From: a virus
DNA length: 64,000 nucleotides
Direction: 5' to 3' (one strand)
IMG/VR virus record: IMGVR_UViG_3300022750_000002
Span: 2,314-66,313 of that record
Both the position numbers and the translations under genes were made by a program. This document shows positions 46,611 to 56,520 of the stretch, piece after piece (position 1 is the stretch's first letter; every line of letters begins with the position of its first letter). The notes under the pieces are model-generated. The model was not told the DNA's origin and searched no databases. It was given only the letters and a program-made list of their open reading frames with translations.

Positions 46611-48275
46611 ATGAAAAAACTTTACTTTTTTGTTATTGCTGTATTTTTTTGCTTAAAAGGCTACAGCCAGTCAACAACCTTGTTGCCTATTCAGGCGATT
46701 CCTCAAAACAAATTGGTGCCGAATGTCATATGGGTAGACCCTATTACTTATAGGATGTGGGCAGGTAAATTAGATAGTATAAAATTAAATCCTGTAAGTA
46801 TTGGATGGTGGAGAGATTCTACAATTAATGTAGGGGATAATAGGTATGTTAAATTGTTGGGTTCATATTCTAATCCTTCTTGGATAACTTCTTTACCATC
46901 AAACAAGGTAACGGGCTTGAGTACGGTGTCAACAACTGGTAATTATAATGATTTAAGTAATAGACCAGTAATACCATCTGCTCAGATTCAGAGTGACTAT
47001 ACGCAAGTGAATACCTCTTCATTAGATTATATAAAAAACAAGCCTAATTTAAGCCTATATGAGACAATTTCTCACGCTAATGCTACTTATTATCCACTTA
47101 GTAATCCAAATAGCTTTATATCGTCTTATACTGAAACAGACCCTGTATGGTCGGGCGTTAGTGGGAGCTATCGAACTAAGGTTCAGAATGATGGGTTGTA
47201 TTATCCTTTAACGGGGAACCCAAGTAATTTCCTAACTAGTTTTACAGAAATTGATCCTACTGTGCCTGCTTATTCAAAAACATTAAGCTCCTTTGACATT
47301 ATTAAGTCTTCTACAGATCCTTTGTATAAGTCTATAGGTTACACGCCATCAAGTGCTGAAATTATCTCTGGACTAGGATATACACCTTATAATGGGGCAA
47401 CAAATCCTAATGGATATATTTCAAGTGTTCCTGCACAGTCCTTTGCTTCATTAAGTGGTAAGCCAACTACGCTTAGTGGTTATGGAATTACAGACGGTGT
47501 ACCAAGTGGTAGAACAATCACAATAAACGGAAGTACTTTTGATTTATCTTCAAACAGGTCTTGGACAGTAGGAGATGTTACTTCGGCAAGTTTGTCTACA
47601 ACATTATCAAATTACCCTACTAATAGTTCATTATCGACCACTTTAAGCGGGTATGCGACAACTTCTGCTTTAACAAGTGGTTTAGCCTCAAAACAGAACA
47701 CATTGTCTCTTACAACCACAGGGACGGGAGCAGCGACGTTGGTGGGATCTACTTTAAATATCCCTACGCCTGTGGTTAATACGTATACAGCAGGAACGGG
47801 TATAGGAATAGCTAGTAATGTTATAACTAATACTGCACCTGATCAAACAGTAAGCTTAACGGGTTCTAATGGAATAACAACAGGAGGCACATATCCTAAC
47901 TTTACGATACAACAAACAACTCCTACGTACAATAATGCTCCTGCAAGAACATTAGGGACTTCCTTTAGACCTAGTACTACTAGACCAACTAGGGTATCTT
48001 ATACGGTTTCTATAGCAACGACATTGAGTCTGTTAAATTTGAACTCAGCAGGGACAGTACAACTTCAAATAAGTTCTGATAACGTCAACTTTTCTACGAT
48101 TAACTCAGCAGGGATAACTCGTACATTAGCGGTTAGTATTAGTGTGGGATTGAACGATACATCTATGTTGAATATACAAGGAGAAATACCTGCTGGATAT
48201 TATTGCAGGCTATTAAGTACAACTTCTGGGGGGAGTACTGTAACGTTTACTTCTGGTCAAGAGGTAACATATTAA
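46611..48275 (+). CDS. Tail fibre protein with YYPL..NP.SF...E.DP repeats
   Basis: Internal repeats, KPTTLSGYGITD fibre motif, beta-sandwich-like C-terminus. Confidence 0.8.
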   Translation: MKKLYFFVIAVFFCLKGYSQSTTLLPIQAIPQNKLVPNVIWVDPITYRMWAGKLDSIKLNPVSIGWWRDSTINVGDNRYVKLLGSYSNPSWITSLPSNKVTGLSTVSTTGNYNDLSNRPVIPSAQIQSDYTQVNTSSLDYIKNKPNLSLYETISHANATYYPLSNPNSFISSYTETDPVWSGVSGSYRTKVQNDGLYYPLTGNPSNFLTSFTEIDPTVPAYSKTLSSFDIIKSSTDPLYKSIGYTPSSAEIISGLGYTPYNGATNPNGYISSVPAQSFASLSGKPTTLSGYGITDGVPSGRTITINGSTFDLSSNRSWTVGDVTSASLSTTLSNYPTNSSLSTTLSGYATTSALTSGLASKQNTLSLTTTGTGAATLVGSTLNIPTPVVNTYTAGTGIGIASNVITNTAPDQTVSLTGSNGITTGGTYPNFTIQQTTPTYNNAPARTLGTSFRPSTTRPTRVSYTVSIATTLSLLNLNSAGTVQLQISSDNVNFSTINSAGITRTLAVSISVGLNDTSMLNIQGEIPAGYYCRLLSTTSGGSTVTFTSGQEVTY

Positions 48276-48330
48276 TGTAGGAGAATGTAATATTCTAATT
48301 TTTATATATTTTTGAATAAAAAAAGACATT

Positions 48331-48516
48331 ATGAAAAAAATCGTACTAACAAAAGAAATTTTAGATTTACCCGTTAACAAACATCTTAACTTCAAAGAGG
48401 GTGAATATGAATACAAGACTAATCAGATTGATTGCTCAACTTTAACACCTCCTGTGGGGATGATTGGGGAGTACATTGAGATAAATGGTAAATGTGTATT
48501 TGTTCAAGCAGGGTAG
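48331..48516 (+). CDS. Small hypothetical protein
   Basis: TATTTTTG -7 element and A-rich initiation region upstream. Confidence 0.55.
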   Translation: MKKIVLTKEILDLPVNKHLNFKEGEYEYKTNQIDCSTLTPPVGMIGEYIEINGKCVFVQAG

Positions 48517-48519
48517 TCT

Positions 48520-48918
48520 ATGACTTACAAAAGATTCATTCAAGATAGCGGCCTAAAAGCCGCTTTTTGGCTTTATTACATTTCTTATGGGCTATTACTT
48601 ATTTCTATGATATTCAAATTGCCTTTAGACCCGAGACTAGGGTTATTTTTAAATTATTTGACATTTATATTTATTGCTTGGGCACCTAGTCATGTGTATA
48701 AGGTATCGTTTGTAGAATACAAGGAAAAGATAATGTTTGATACAATAATGAGGTATGAGGACTTATGTAGGTTTGCATTGTATAGTAGAATAGGGTTGTT
48801 TGCATTTATATGCGCAGGGTTAAATAAGCCTTTAATTTCTATGGGACTTACGTTTACATCCTTGATTATCTACGTTATGTTGTTTAGACCTAGTTATAAG
48901 CACTATTTTAAATATTAA
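48520..48918 (+). CDS. Multi-pass membrane protein
   Basis: About 4 hydrophobic segments. Confidence 0.7.
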   Translation: MTYKRFIQDSGLKAAFWLYYISYGLLLISMIFKLPLDPRLGLFLNYLTFIFIAWAPSHVYKVSFVEYKEKIMFDTIMRYEDLCRFALYSRIGLFAFICAGLNKPLISMGLTFTSLIIYVMLFRPSYKHYFKY

Positions 48919-48966
48919 AATAATAATTACCTTTACGAAAACAAATATACTTGAGAGCCTATCGAA

Positions 48967-49449
48967 ATGAACTCTACATCAAATTTTATGTTATGGTTTA
49001 TGGCTATACTTGAAAAAGTTGACGATACTAATATGGTCAATCTAATCATTAAATGGATGGGTGCATTAATACTGTTATCAGGAGCATTTGCGGGTTTAAA
49101 CTCAGAAAACGCTTTGTTTAATCTTGGTTGCTCTGCATCCATTATCTTTGGTTTTATGCTTCAAACAGCTCATTTGAGGCGGCGTAAGAAACTTACTTTA
49201 GCTTTAGTTTTCTGGAATGCAATGACTACTGGCAGTGTATGTTGGTTGGCTATGGCCTTATGGAATGCTAAGTTGATAAAAAACTATAGTGAGTGGATTA
49301 TGGTTTATTTATTTATATGTTCATTTATGGCTGTAGTTATTTCGGAGTTGCTATTTAGCTTTAGCCGTATGAGCTTTAAAGAGTTTTTAAGAATGATGGC
49401 ACGGAAATTTCTATCTGAGTCTGACAAAGAAGAAGGAGAACAGCTATGA
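48967..49449 (+). CDS. Holin-like multi-pass membrane protein
   Basis: About 4 TM segments, charged C-terminus, upstream of the endolysin. Confidence 0.55.
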   Translation: MNSTSNFMLWFMAILEKVDDTNMVNLIIKWMGALILLSGAFAGLNSENALFNLGCSASIIFGFMLQTAHLRRRKKLTLALVFWNAMTTGSVCWLAMALWNAKLIKNYSEWIMVYLFICSFMAVVISELLFSFSRMSFKEFLRMMARKFLSESDKEEGEQL

Positions 49450-49793
49450 CGATTATACATTGGTTAAACTACGTATCGATAATCATTATCATGGGGTTGT
49501 GTGTCTGGCTCACTTATTTTATATCAGGGGCTAAATATAGTTTGGTAAAGGCTATTTTTAAAGCTTGTACGCTTGATTTTTGGTACATTAGATGGTATTG
49601 GAAGAATCGCATATATGTATGGTGTGTTACTGCTAGAATGTTCCTTATATGTACTGCATTAACTTTGATTACTATGTTCTCAACTGATAGTATTTTTCAA
49701 AAGCCACTGTTCATGTTTGTGGTCAGTCCATTATTGTGGATTTCCTTGTTTGGCGTTATATCATTGTCTCTTATGGCATATTCAAAAAAATAA
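49446..49793 (+). CDS. Membrane protein (3 TM)
   Basis: Hydrophobic segments. Confidence 0.65.
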   Translation: MTIIHWLNYVSIIIIMGLCVWLTYFISGAKYSLVKAIFKACTLDFWYIRWYWKNRIYVWCVTARMFLICTALTLITMFSTDSIFQKPLFMFVVSPLLWISLFGVISLSLMAYSKK

Positions 49794-49819
49794 TTCTTCA
49801 TAATAAGTTTGTTTGGTTT

Positions 49820-49850
49820 AAGCCTTATGTCTGGATGGATGTAAGGCTTT
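49820..49850 (+). terminator. Terminator-like hairpin
   Basis: AAGCCTTAT/GTAAGGCTT plus T/C tract. Confidence 0.6.
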
Positions 49851-49900
49851 CTTCGTTTATTATCAATTAGTTATTACTTTTACAATAAAAAACAAGTATT

Positions 49901-50590
49901 ATGAAAGTCCAAAACAATTTTCTATTTGGTGATGATGGTAAGCAAGTTGCGTATAAGGCATCTCCCAACATCGGTAAGGCAAAAAAAGGCTACAAGCTAA
50001 TGGTAATACATTTTGACGGCGCAAGTGGCACACAGGGCTTAAATTGGCTATTAGATAAAACATCTAAAGTATCATCAGAATTATGGTTGTCTAGGGAGGG
50101 TAAAGTTATTCAGTTAGCGCCGTTTAATGTTACTTGTTGGCATGCAGGTGTAAGTGTGTGGAGAGGTTTAGAGGGTATTAATAGCTACGGGATAGGTATT
50201 GAGGTTCAGAATACAGGAGGACAGGCTTACACGGATATTCAGATGGATGAATTGGGTAAGGTTGTGAAATCTCTTGTAGAAACTTATAAGCTAGAGATTG
50301 TTGGGCATGAGGATATTGCCCCTATTAGAAAGAGTGATCCATCAGGAACTAAACTTTTGTTATTTGACTGGAAGAGGTTGTTTGATGCTGTTGGGGTTCA
50401 TACAGAGCTTTACAACACTACAGCAGACCTAAATGTACGTAGAGGTCAAGGAACAGATTATCCTGCCGTTACGAAGCTTAAATTAGGCACAGAGGTATAT
50501 GAGTTGAATAGAGTCGGAGAGTGGAGTAAGATTCAGGTGAAGGGTAGCATGCAGAGTGGTTGGGTAAGCAATAAATATTTAACTAAATAA
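49901..50590 (+). CDS. Endolysin: N-acetylmuramoyl-L-alanine amidase (Amidase_2) plus SH3b
   Basis: IHFDG, WHAG, GIEV, GHEDIAPIRKSDP; LNVRRGQGTDY...GWVSNKYL. Confidence 0.92.
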   Translation: MKVQNNFLFGDDGKQVAYKASPNIGKAKKGYKLMVIHFDGASGTQGLNWLLDKTSKVSSELWLSREGKVIQLAPFNVTCWHAGVSVWRGLEGINSYGIGIEVQNTGGQAYTDIQMDELGKVVKSLVETYKLEIVGHEDIAPIRKSDPSGTKLLLFDWKRLFDAVGVHTELYNTTADLNVRRGQGTDYPAVTKLKLGTEVYELNRVGEWSKIQVKGSMQSGWVSNKYLTK

Positions 50591-50593
50591 ATT

Positions 50594-50872
50594 ATGAAAC
50601 AGATTAAAGAATTTTTCCCTGAGTTGTTTACGATACTAGCTTGGGTTACATTATTAGGTTTTGTGTTTTACTGTACGGTAACATTAAATAAGACGGATAG
50701 CGTTAGAGATGCTTGGAACATACTTATTCTTATTGCAGGCTTTGTATGGGGAAGTAAACACCAGAAGAATCAAGATCAGCAGAAAGTAACTACAGAGGTT
50801 AGCGAAGACTTAACTAAGGTTACTACTGAACCTGTTGTGGGAGAAACCAAAGGAGGTACAGATGCAGGTTAA
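50594..50872 (+). CDS. Holin-like 2-TM protein
   Basis: Two TM segments and charged tail after the endolysin. Confidence 0.55.
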   Translation: MKQIKEFFPELFTILAWVTLLGFVFYCTVTLNKTDSVRDAWNILILIAGFVWGSKHQKNQDQQKVTTEVSEDLTKVTTEPVVGETKGGTDAG

Positions 50873-51389
50873 GAATCCATTGTTCGTATTAATAGGCGGT
50901 TATGTTGTTCTTATTGCAGGAGCATTGTTATTTGCGATTATGCTTAATAGCTGTGGTACACGTAAGGTATCAACCCAAATTAACAAGACTGAACAGAAAG
51001 CAGAAGAAAAGACTACTGAGAAAGGTACGGAGACAAGTCAAACAAGCTCAACTACAGTTAACAAAGTAGAAGAAAAGACTGAAAAAGTTGATGAGAAACA
51101 GAATCAGCGTATCGAAGAGTTATTTAGTGAAAACGGACAGCTAATTAAGCGAATTACAGAGCTTACAAGCCAAAAGAGTACTGATAATTCATCTAAGACT
51201 CAAAGTGCCTCAGAAAGCCTGTATTCGTTCCAATATAAGACGTTTGAAAAGACATTCTATAAGATAATCACTATAAGGACTAAAGAGAAGATAAAGAATA
51301 GTGAGGTAAGTAATTCGAGTTTATATTGGGTGATATTTGGATTGGGGTTAGCTGTATTGTTTTTGGTGTATTTAAAGTTTAGGAAGTAA
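50835..51389 (+). CDS. Unimolecular spanin (u-spanin) candidate
   Basis: Lipobox LNSC after a hydrophobic leader, extended linker, C-terminal TM. Confidence 0.75.
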   Translation: MWEKPKEVQMQVKNPLFVLIGGYVVLIAGALLFAIMLNSCGTRKVSTQINKTEQKAEEKTTEKGTETSQTSSTTVNKVEEKTEKVDEKQNQRIEELFSENGQLIKRITELTSQKSTDNSSKTQSASESLYSFQYKTFEKTFYKIITIRTKEKIKNSEVSNSSLYWVIFGLGLAVLFLVYLKFRK

Positions 51390-51913
51390 TGGCAGAAGAT
51401 AAGTTTTACAGCAATGTGCTGAACTCAATAAGGAATAAGTTTGGAGGTGAAGACCCTAAGCCTAAAAGGCTACCGCTAACACAAGAGGAAAGGGCGCATT
51501 GGAATGGCTTTGCAGACTTTGTTAAGTCTAAAGGATTTGAGGGGAGTAATAAGCTTGATGCTAGGGATACTAATTTAAGCAGACAGCTATTTGAAGAGTA
51601 TAATAAGGGAAAGGGAACAAGTGAGTATAAGTATGATGCTTATGTTCCTGCTGTTCAAGAGGAGATTGCTGATTATAGGAATACGCTAATCAATAAGATT
51701 AAGGCAGGGCAAATGCAATTGCAGGATAAAGCATTTACAGGGGATTTAAGCACCTATGACTTTGATAAGAACTTTCTGCCAGGACTTAGTAATGTAGATG
51801 GGTGGGCAGGTAGTAAAACTACTGGTTTTAGATTTGCAGGTGTTGATAGGGGGGCAAATGAGATTAGTCCTCAAGCATATCAACAGTTGTATGGGTCTAT
51901 TCCAAAGAAGTAA
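51389..51913 (+). CDS. Hypothetical protein
   Basis: Last late gene; VDGWAGSKT motif. Confidence 0.6.
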   Translation: MAEDKFYSNVLNSIRNKFGGEDPKPKRLPLTQEERAHWNGFADFVKSKGFEGSNKLDARDTNLSRQLFEEYNKGKGTSEYKYDAYVPAVQEEIADYRNTLINKIKAGQMQLQDKAFTGDLSTYDFDKNFLPGLSNVDGWAGSKTTGFRFAGVDRGANEISPQAYQQLYGSIPKK

Positions 51914-51916
51914 TGT

Positions 51917-51946
51917 AAAAGGCGATTCGGATTATGAGTCGCCTTT
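51917..51946. terminator. Bidirectional terminator at the convergence of late and leftward arms
   Basis: AAAGGCGATTC/GAGTCGCCTTT. Confidence 0.8.
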
Positions 51947-52312
51947 ATTGTTAAATTTCTCAAAATAAAATACTACTCTTTGGGGTTTACATTCTATCAA
52001 TCCAAAACGCTCCGCAACTCTAAACGTGGGTCTGTCCCTTCTTAATGTCTCTATTTGTGATTCAATATGCTTTCTAAATCCTTCAATACCATTGCCAGAC
52101 TTAAACAAATTACAACTTCTGCAAGATGGCATATAGTTTTCAAAACAATGTACGTCATTAAAGTTAGCTATAGGTATTTTACCCTCGCAGTGCCATTTTG
52201 GTATTGCATGGTCTAAGTTCCATCCTTTTTCCAATATAGAACCACAGTAAGCGCATTTTCCTGAAAACCTATCGAATACTGATTGTCTGTCTATCTTCAT
52301 ATCCTTTAGCAA
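51932..52312 (-). CDS. HNH endonuclease
   Basis: GKCAYCG...LDHAIP...NYMPSCRSCNLFK. Confidence 0.88.
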   Translation of the reverse strand: MLKDMKIDRQSVFDRFSGKCAYCGSILEKGWNLDHAIPKWHCEGKIPIANFNDVHCFENYMPSCRSCNLFKSGNGIEGFRKHIESQIETLRRDRPTFRVAERFGLIECKPQRVVFYFEKFNNKGDS

Positions 52313-52342
52313 GCTTCCTTAAACTCTATCTTTATCATTTGG

Positions 52343-52591
52343 TTAAATTAATGGATAGCGATCACGTAAATCCTTTGCTAATTGTGGGATAGTAGATTCA
52401 ATAGCATTAGCATAGGCATGAATACCGATTCTACAGGCCTTAATGTGGTTAAGGTCTGAACCATAATCATCAAGCCTCAAGACAAAGTATTCTGCAAATT
52501 CATCTATAGGGATTAACTTACCATTTTTGTCTATTTTTTTAATAAAGTACCTTTTATGTAATCCTTTCGGATTTTGCTTTTGTGTTTTCAT
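52343..52591 (-). CDS. Conserved hypothetical protein (AEYFVLRLD)
   Basis: Tiling and motif. Confidence 0.65.
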   Translation of the reverse strand: MKTQKQNPKGLHKRYFIKKIDKNGKLIPIDEFAEYFVLRLDDYGSDLNHIKACRIGIHAYANAIESTIPQLAKDLRDRYPLI

Positions 52592-53031
52592 AATTCCGAT
52601 GTATTAAGTTCTTGGCCTGTATTGAAATAATAAAAATTTTGAAGTTGATGTAAGTTGACAATTAAACCTTTTTTGATGTGTTTAACATTTTTATGAAGCA
52701 TTTCTTCTTTACCATCCATTACATAGCAAGTAAAAGCTATAATATCATCTTTGTACCATCTTATCATCAAATGTGAATCGTTATATTTTATGTAAGCCCC
52801 TTCAAACCATGGATATTCTTTAAATCCAATCTTTAATAATATTTCTCCTATCAAAGGCACTCCTTTAAGCTTACCAATATCTCCACTGATTATAAGGTCT
52901 TTCTGATACTTATCTGTGCCTCCTGAGTCATTCTTTAGCCCTATTGTATCTCCAATATAGGCTACTTCCCTAATAGTCCCTGTATGGTCTAATATTAGGT
53001 TTCCTATGCGTAATGATTTAATGTCTATCAT
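52588..53031 (-). CDS. 'SLRIGN...LHQLQNFYY' family paralogue 2
   Basis: Shared terminal motifs. Confidence 0.75.
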   Translation of the reverse strand: MIDIKSLRIGNLILDHTGTIREVAYIGDTIGLKNDSGGTDKYQKDLIISGDIGKLKGVPLIGEILLKIGFKEYPWFEGAYIKYNDSHLMIRWYKDDIIAFTCYVMDGKEEMLHKNVKHIKKGLIVNLHQLQNFYYFNTGQELNTSEL

Positions 53032-53411
53032 GATACATTAATTATTTTTCCAATATGAAGAATAAAATATTTAACGCCTGGTTCTGCTCCCCATTCAGGC
53101 TTCCCTTCTCCAATAGATGTACCTTCATGTTCCCAAACGACTAAAGGAGAATCAGTATTGTATCCGTTACGGCAAGTAACAGTATCAAAAGTAGTATTAA
53201 ATATAGATGGCATTTTGAATATAGAATTGCTTTCTGAAAGCTCATATATGGCATCTTCAAGGCTATTTAAGCAAACTACATCTTTGCGAAATTCATGCCA
53301 AAGCAGTCGATTAATCCAATAAGGTTTAATCTCTAAGTATTCATGTTTCTTTTCGCCTGAAACTATCATATCAAACCATTTTCTCTTAATTGTTTTATGT
53401 AGTGTTTTCAT
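53028..53411 (-). CDS. ASCH-domain protein
   Basis: LHKTIKRKWFDMIVSGEKKHEY.EIKPYW..RL...CRNGY. Confidence 0.85.
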   Translation of the reverse strand: MKTLHKTIKRKWFDMIVSGEKKHEYLEIKPYWINRLLWHEFRKDVVCLNSLEDAIYELSESNSIFKMPSIFNTTFDTVTCRNGYNTDSPLVVWEHEGTSIGEGKPEWGAEPGVKYFILHIGKIINVS

Positions 53412-53665
53412 CTGTTTTCTAGTTTATCTCTTATCTCCTCATTGTTATAAGTTCTTTTCTTATATCCAAAGGGGTTGCAGAGGTGTTCTGTAAATAGTTT
53501 TCTTTCAAAGTAATCCGGGTCTGATGCTTTTACTCTTATCACAGTAGGTATTTCTGATTCTTCTTTAGGCTTTTCAGGGATTCTTTCTTTTAGCCTACCG
53601 TTTAGGTAGTAGTACTTAGCATCTATTCTTGATACAACCTTGTTCATTTGAGTAGGTCTAGGCAA
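53408..53665 (-). CDS. Hypothetical protein
   Basis: Tiling. Confidence 0.5.
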   Translation of the reverse strand: MPRPTQMNKVVSRIDAKYYYLNGRLKERIPEKPKEESEIPTVIRVKASDPDYFERKLFTEHLCNPFGYKKRTYNNEEIRDKLENR

Positions 53666-53922
53666 GCATCAGCTTTTAAAGCGTAGTTAATGTCTCTTTC
53701 TCTAAGTTCATCATATTTTTCTCTTGAATGTATGAGAGTACTATGGTGCCTGTTGAATTGGGCACCTAACTTCTTTAAGGTTATGTCTGTATTCTTTAAT
53801 ATAAGGGCTACAGCGATTGATCTGGCATCCGATACATCTCTATGTCTATCTTTAGATTTAAGTTGCTCATAGGGGATATTTAGGGCTGTAGATACTGCGT
53901 TTACTATTTGTTTATTTGTCAT
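53644..53922 (-). CDS. Stand-alone DnaA domain IV (DnaA_C)-like HTH protein
   Basis: LKSKDRHRDVSDARSIAVAL...TLKKLGAQFNRHHSTLIHS. Confidence 0.85.
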   Translation of the reverse strand: MTNKQIVNAVSTALNIPYEQLKSKDRHRDVSDARSIAVALILKNTDITLKKLGAQFNRHHSTLIHSREKYDELRERDINYALKADACLDLLK

Positions 53923-54281
53923 ACCTCTATTAATGTTGGAGTGTTTACTTGTGAGTCGGGAATAAGGGCTAGTTTCTCGTTATACTTTTTGAGTTGCTCA
54001 AGTTCTACAGATGATAACCATGTGAAGGCTTTGAGTTGTTGTTCAGCGAGTTCATAGTTAACCGTATCAGCGTCGTCTGTGAGCTTAAATAAGCTTCCTA
54101 GAAGAGACTTTTTAATGTCTTCGGCAAATTCCTTTATCTTCTTACTTTTTTGATTTAGGATGGGCATACCAAGCCCGTATCCATTTAGGTTTTCATGGTA
54201 CTTTAAAGAGATCATGTTGGCTAATGAAATAATTACATGAGCATCTTCTGATAGTTGGTGAATGAATTTTTCCTTGTTCAT
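53919..54281 (-). CDS. Hypothetical protein
   Basis: Tiling. Confidence 0.65.
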   Translation of the reverse strand: MNKEKFIHQLSEDAHVIISLANMISLKYHENLNGYGLGMPILNQKSKKIKEFAEDIKKSLLGSLFKLTDDADTVNYELAEQQLKAFTWLSSVELEQLKKYNEKLALIPDSQVNTPTLIEV

Positions 54282-54282
54282 G

Positions 54283-54564
54283 TTAATCCTCCGTTTTTTC
54301 TATCGTGATTGATACAGAATTATAATTACCTACCCATTGAGCAATAGTACTGTTGTCAACAAGTTTAATCTGTTCCATATTATTTTTATAGTTTTCATAG
54401 TTCATATTGTCCTTTAGGCAAAATTTTCTCATTTCAATGATTTCATCTTGAACTCGGTTTACAGCTTTAATTGCTGCTGAATATGCGTTCTCTACTTTAG
54501 AAAAGTATCCGTGATGCCTTGCAAAGTCGCCATGCTCGTATTGTGTTACTGAATAGAATTTCAT
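54283..54564 (-). CDS. Hypothetical protein
   Basis: Tiling. Confidence 0.6.
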   Translation of the reverse strand: MKFYSVTQYEHGDFARHHGYFSKVENAYSAAIKAVNRVQDEIIEMRKFCLKDNMNYENYKNNMEQIKLVDNSTIAQWVGNYNSVSITIEKTED

Positions 54565-54764
54565 TTTATTCGAGTTATTTTGAATACAAATTTAAAGTAC
54601 GTTTGAATGTAGCATTTTGGTGCATTTTTTCTTGTTCTCCTAACAACATTACGGTCATCTATCGTAAACATATCTCCTTTTCCCATAATAATACCAGTCG
54701 TACATTTAGTATACCAAAAGTGCCCATCTCTTATAAATCCTTGTGTTGCTTCAATATTGTTCAT
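54561..54764 (-). CDS. Hypothetical protein
   Basis: Tiling. Confidence 0.55.
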   Translation of the reverse strand: MNNIEATQGFIRDGHFWYTKCTTGIIMGKGDMFTIDDRNVVRRTRKNAPKCYIQTYFKFVFKITRIK

Positions 54765-54794
54765 GTTATAATAAGCTAGTGTTAATTTATGTTT

Positions 54795-55010
54795 TTATGG
54801 GGTATCGTATTTCTTTGAATATAGATTGTACATTCGGGAGATAGCGCGTTGTATGCATTCGTAATCGTGAAGGGTCTTTAGCATTACTTTTTTATCTTTA
54901 GTTAACGCGGCATGATCTAAATCTACGCTGTAAAATGTCATTTGATTATCTAACTCTAGTATCCTTTCGAAAATTATTTGTTGTCTGGTTTTAAAACATT
55001 TCCATTTCAT
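54795..55010 (-). CDS. Hypothetical protein
   Basis: Tiling. Confidence 0.55.
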   Translation of the reverse strand: MKWKCFKTRQQIIFERILELDNQMTFYSVDLDHAALTKDKKVMLKTLHDYECIQRAISRMYNLYSKKYDTP

Positions 55011-55573
55011 TTGTATTTCTTTATAATGTCTAATAAAAATTCTCTATCCCACTTGTAAGGAAGATTTGCTGATTCTTCTAAAGCCTCTACTGCAACTTCT
55101 CCAATCTTTTTTATTAATCCAACTCGGTATTCTTTCTGGTTGCCCTCTTTCATGCAATTACACTCTATACATTGACCGTTTACATTCCAATCGTTAAACC
55201 TTATACTTGAATTGCTACCCGCGGACAGATAATGTCCTGCTTGCATTACATCTACTGATTTTATTCTATGACATGATATACATACAAAGCTTTTACCATT
55301 GATGGTGTCACGTTGGCGTATCCATTTATTAAAGACTATTGTAGCGAGTTTTATTAATTCTGGTATAGATTTATCTTCTTTTGGAGTTCTCTTCTCTACG
55401 GGCTTTATATCGCTTGATACAGGCTTTGATTTGATAGGCTTACGTTGTGTTGAACATTGAAATGAGTAATGAGAATTAATAGCCCCACAGTGTTTACATA
55501 TCGTCTGTTTCATATTCTTCATCCATATCGTCATCAAAACTTCTTTCATGATTACAAATACATTCTTGCTCAA
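55007..55573 (-). CDS. NinG/Rap-like junction endonuclease
   Basis: VFNKWIRQRD...CISC...QAGHYLS...RFNDWNVNGQCIECN; true start probably near 55510-55520. Confidence 0.88.
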   Translation of the reverse strand: MSKNVFVIMKEVLMTIWMKNMKQTICKHCGAINSHYSFQCSTQRKPIKSKPVSSDIKPVEKRTPKEDKSIPELIKLATIVFNKWIRQRDTINGKSFVCISCHRIKSVDVMQAGHYLSAGSNSSIRFNDWNVNGQCIECNCMKEGNQKEYRVGLIKKIGEVAVEALEESANLPYKWDREFLLDIIKKYK

Positions 55574-55688
55574 TTAAAGCTTGGCATTCTACACAATACA
55601 TAGCGTTATTCATGCCATCTGCATATTCCTGCTCCTCATATTCTTCAACTATCTTTTTAGCTTTTAAATATTCTTCTTGAGTAATCAT
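55494..55688 (-). CDS. Small acidic hypothetical protein
   Basis: Tiling. Confidence 0.6.
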   Translation of the reverse strand: MITQEEYLKAKKIVEEYEEQEYADGMNNAMYCVECQALIEQECICNHERSFDDDMDEEYETDDM

Positions 55689-55693
55689 ATCTG

Positions 55694-55978
55694 TTATACT
55701 TCGTCTTTAAGTGAGATAATTGACATTTGTATCTCTATTGATGAGTGGTTCGTTCTAGCGGTATTAAATGACTTTTCCGCTGCCTCGTCAAGTTTAGCGT
55801 GGGCGTACATAATTACTAAATCATCTATAACTGATTCGATAACGTTTGCTGGCAATGATTTTAAAGACACGCAAAGCTCTTTAAAGCTTGGATGAGCATA
55901 TCTTAACATTATTTCTTTTTTGCAATCTTCAAGGTTTTTCTTATTTGGTCTTTTAAATATTTCTTCTGCTGTTTTCAT
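55694..55978 (-). CDS. Hypothetical protein (MKTAEEI family)
   Basis: Tiling. Confidence 0.65.
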   Translation of the reverse strand: MKTAEEIFKRPNKKNLEDCKKEIMLRYAHPSFKELCVSLKSLPANVIESVIDDLVIMYAHAKLDEAAEKSFNTARTNHSSIEIQMSIISLKDEV

Positions 55979-56382
55979 AGTTGTGACGTGTTAAGTTCGT
56001 TTCCTGTTGATGCGAAATACAGGTTTTGTAATTGGTGTAAATATTTAAGTTCTATCTTTAACATTGGGTGCGAATAAAAAAATAATTTACCCCCATCTTC
56101 ATAAATAAGTCTAAAATAACCTATTTTCTGAACAGACCCTGATAATTCAAACCCACATTTCAAAAGTATTTCTTCCGATAATGGGATTGGCTCAATTTCC
56201 CATGGCTTGTATTGATTACCGTTTTGATGGCATAAAATCAAATGAGAATACATTAATCTATGTTCATCACTTGAATAATTACACATGCCTCTATCGGTAT
56301 TTTCTTCTAAAGACAAAACGGTTTGAATGCCTCCGATTCCTTTGAAAACATTACCTATTCTTAATTCGGATGCTAATATCAT
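55975..56382 (-). CDS. 'SELRIGN...LHQLQNLYF' family paralogue 3
   Basis: Shared terminal motifs. Confidence 0.75.
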   Translation of the reverse strand: MILASELRIGNVFKGIGGIQTVLSLEENTDRGMCNYSSDEHRLMYSHLILCHQNGNQYKPWEIEPIPLSEEILLKCGFELSGSVQKIGYFRLIYEDGGKLFFYSHPMLKIELKYLHQLQNLYFASTGNELNTSQL

Positions 56383-56520
56383 ATCCTTTGTTCTCCTTTT
56401 ACCTCTTTAAATATTGTACCTACAACAGTAGGAGAGTTAAACCATTCTTTATTATGTACTCCACATTTAGATAGCCTTTCTGATTGTTTTGCTTCTAATG
56501 ATTTGAAGTAGGTATTGCTT

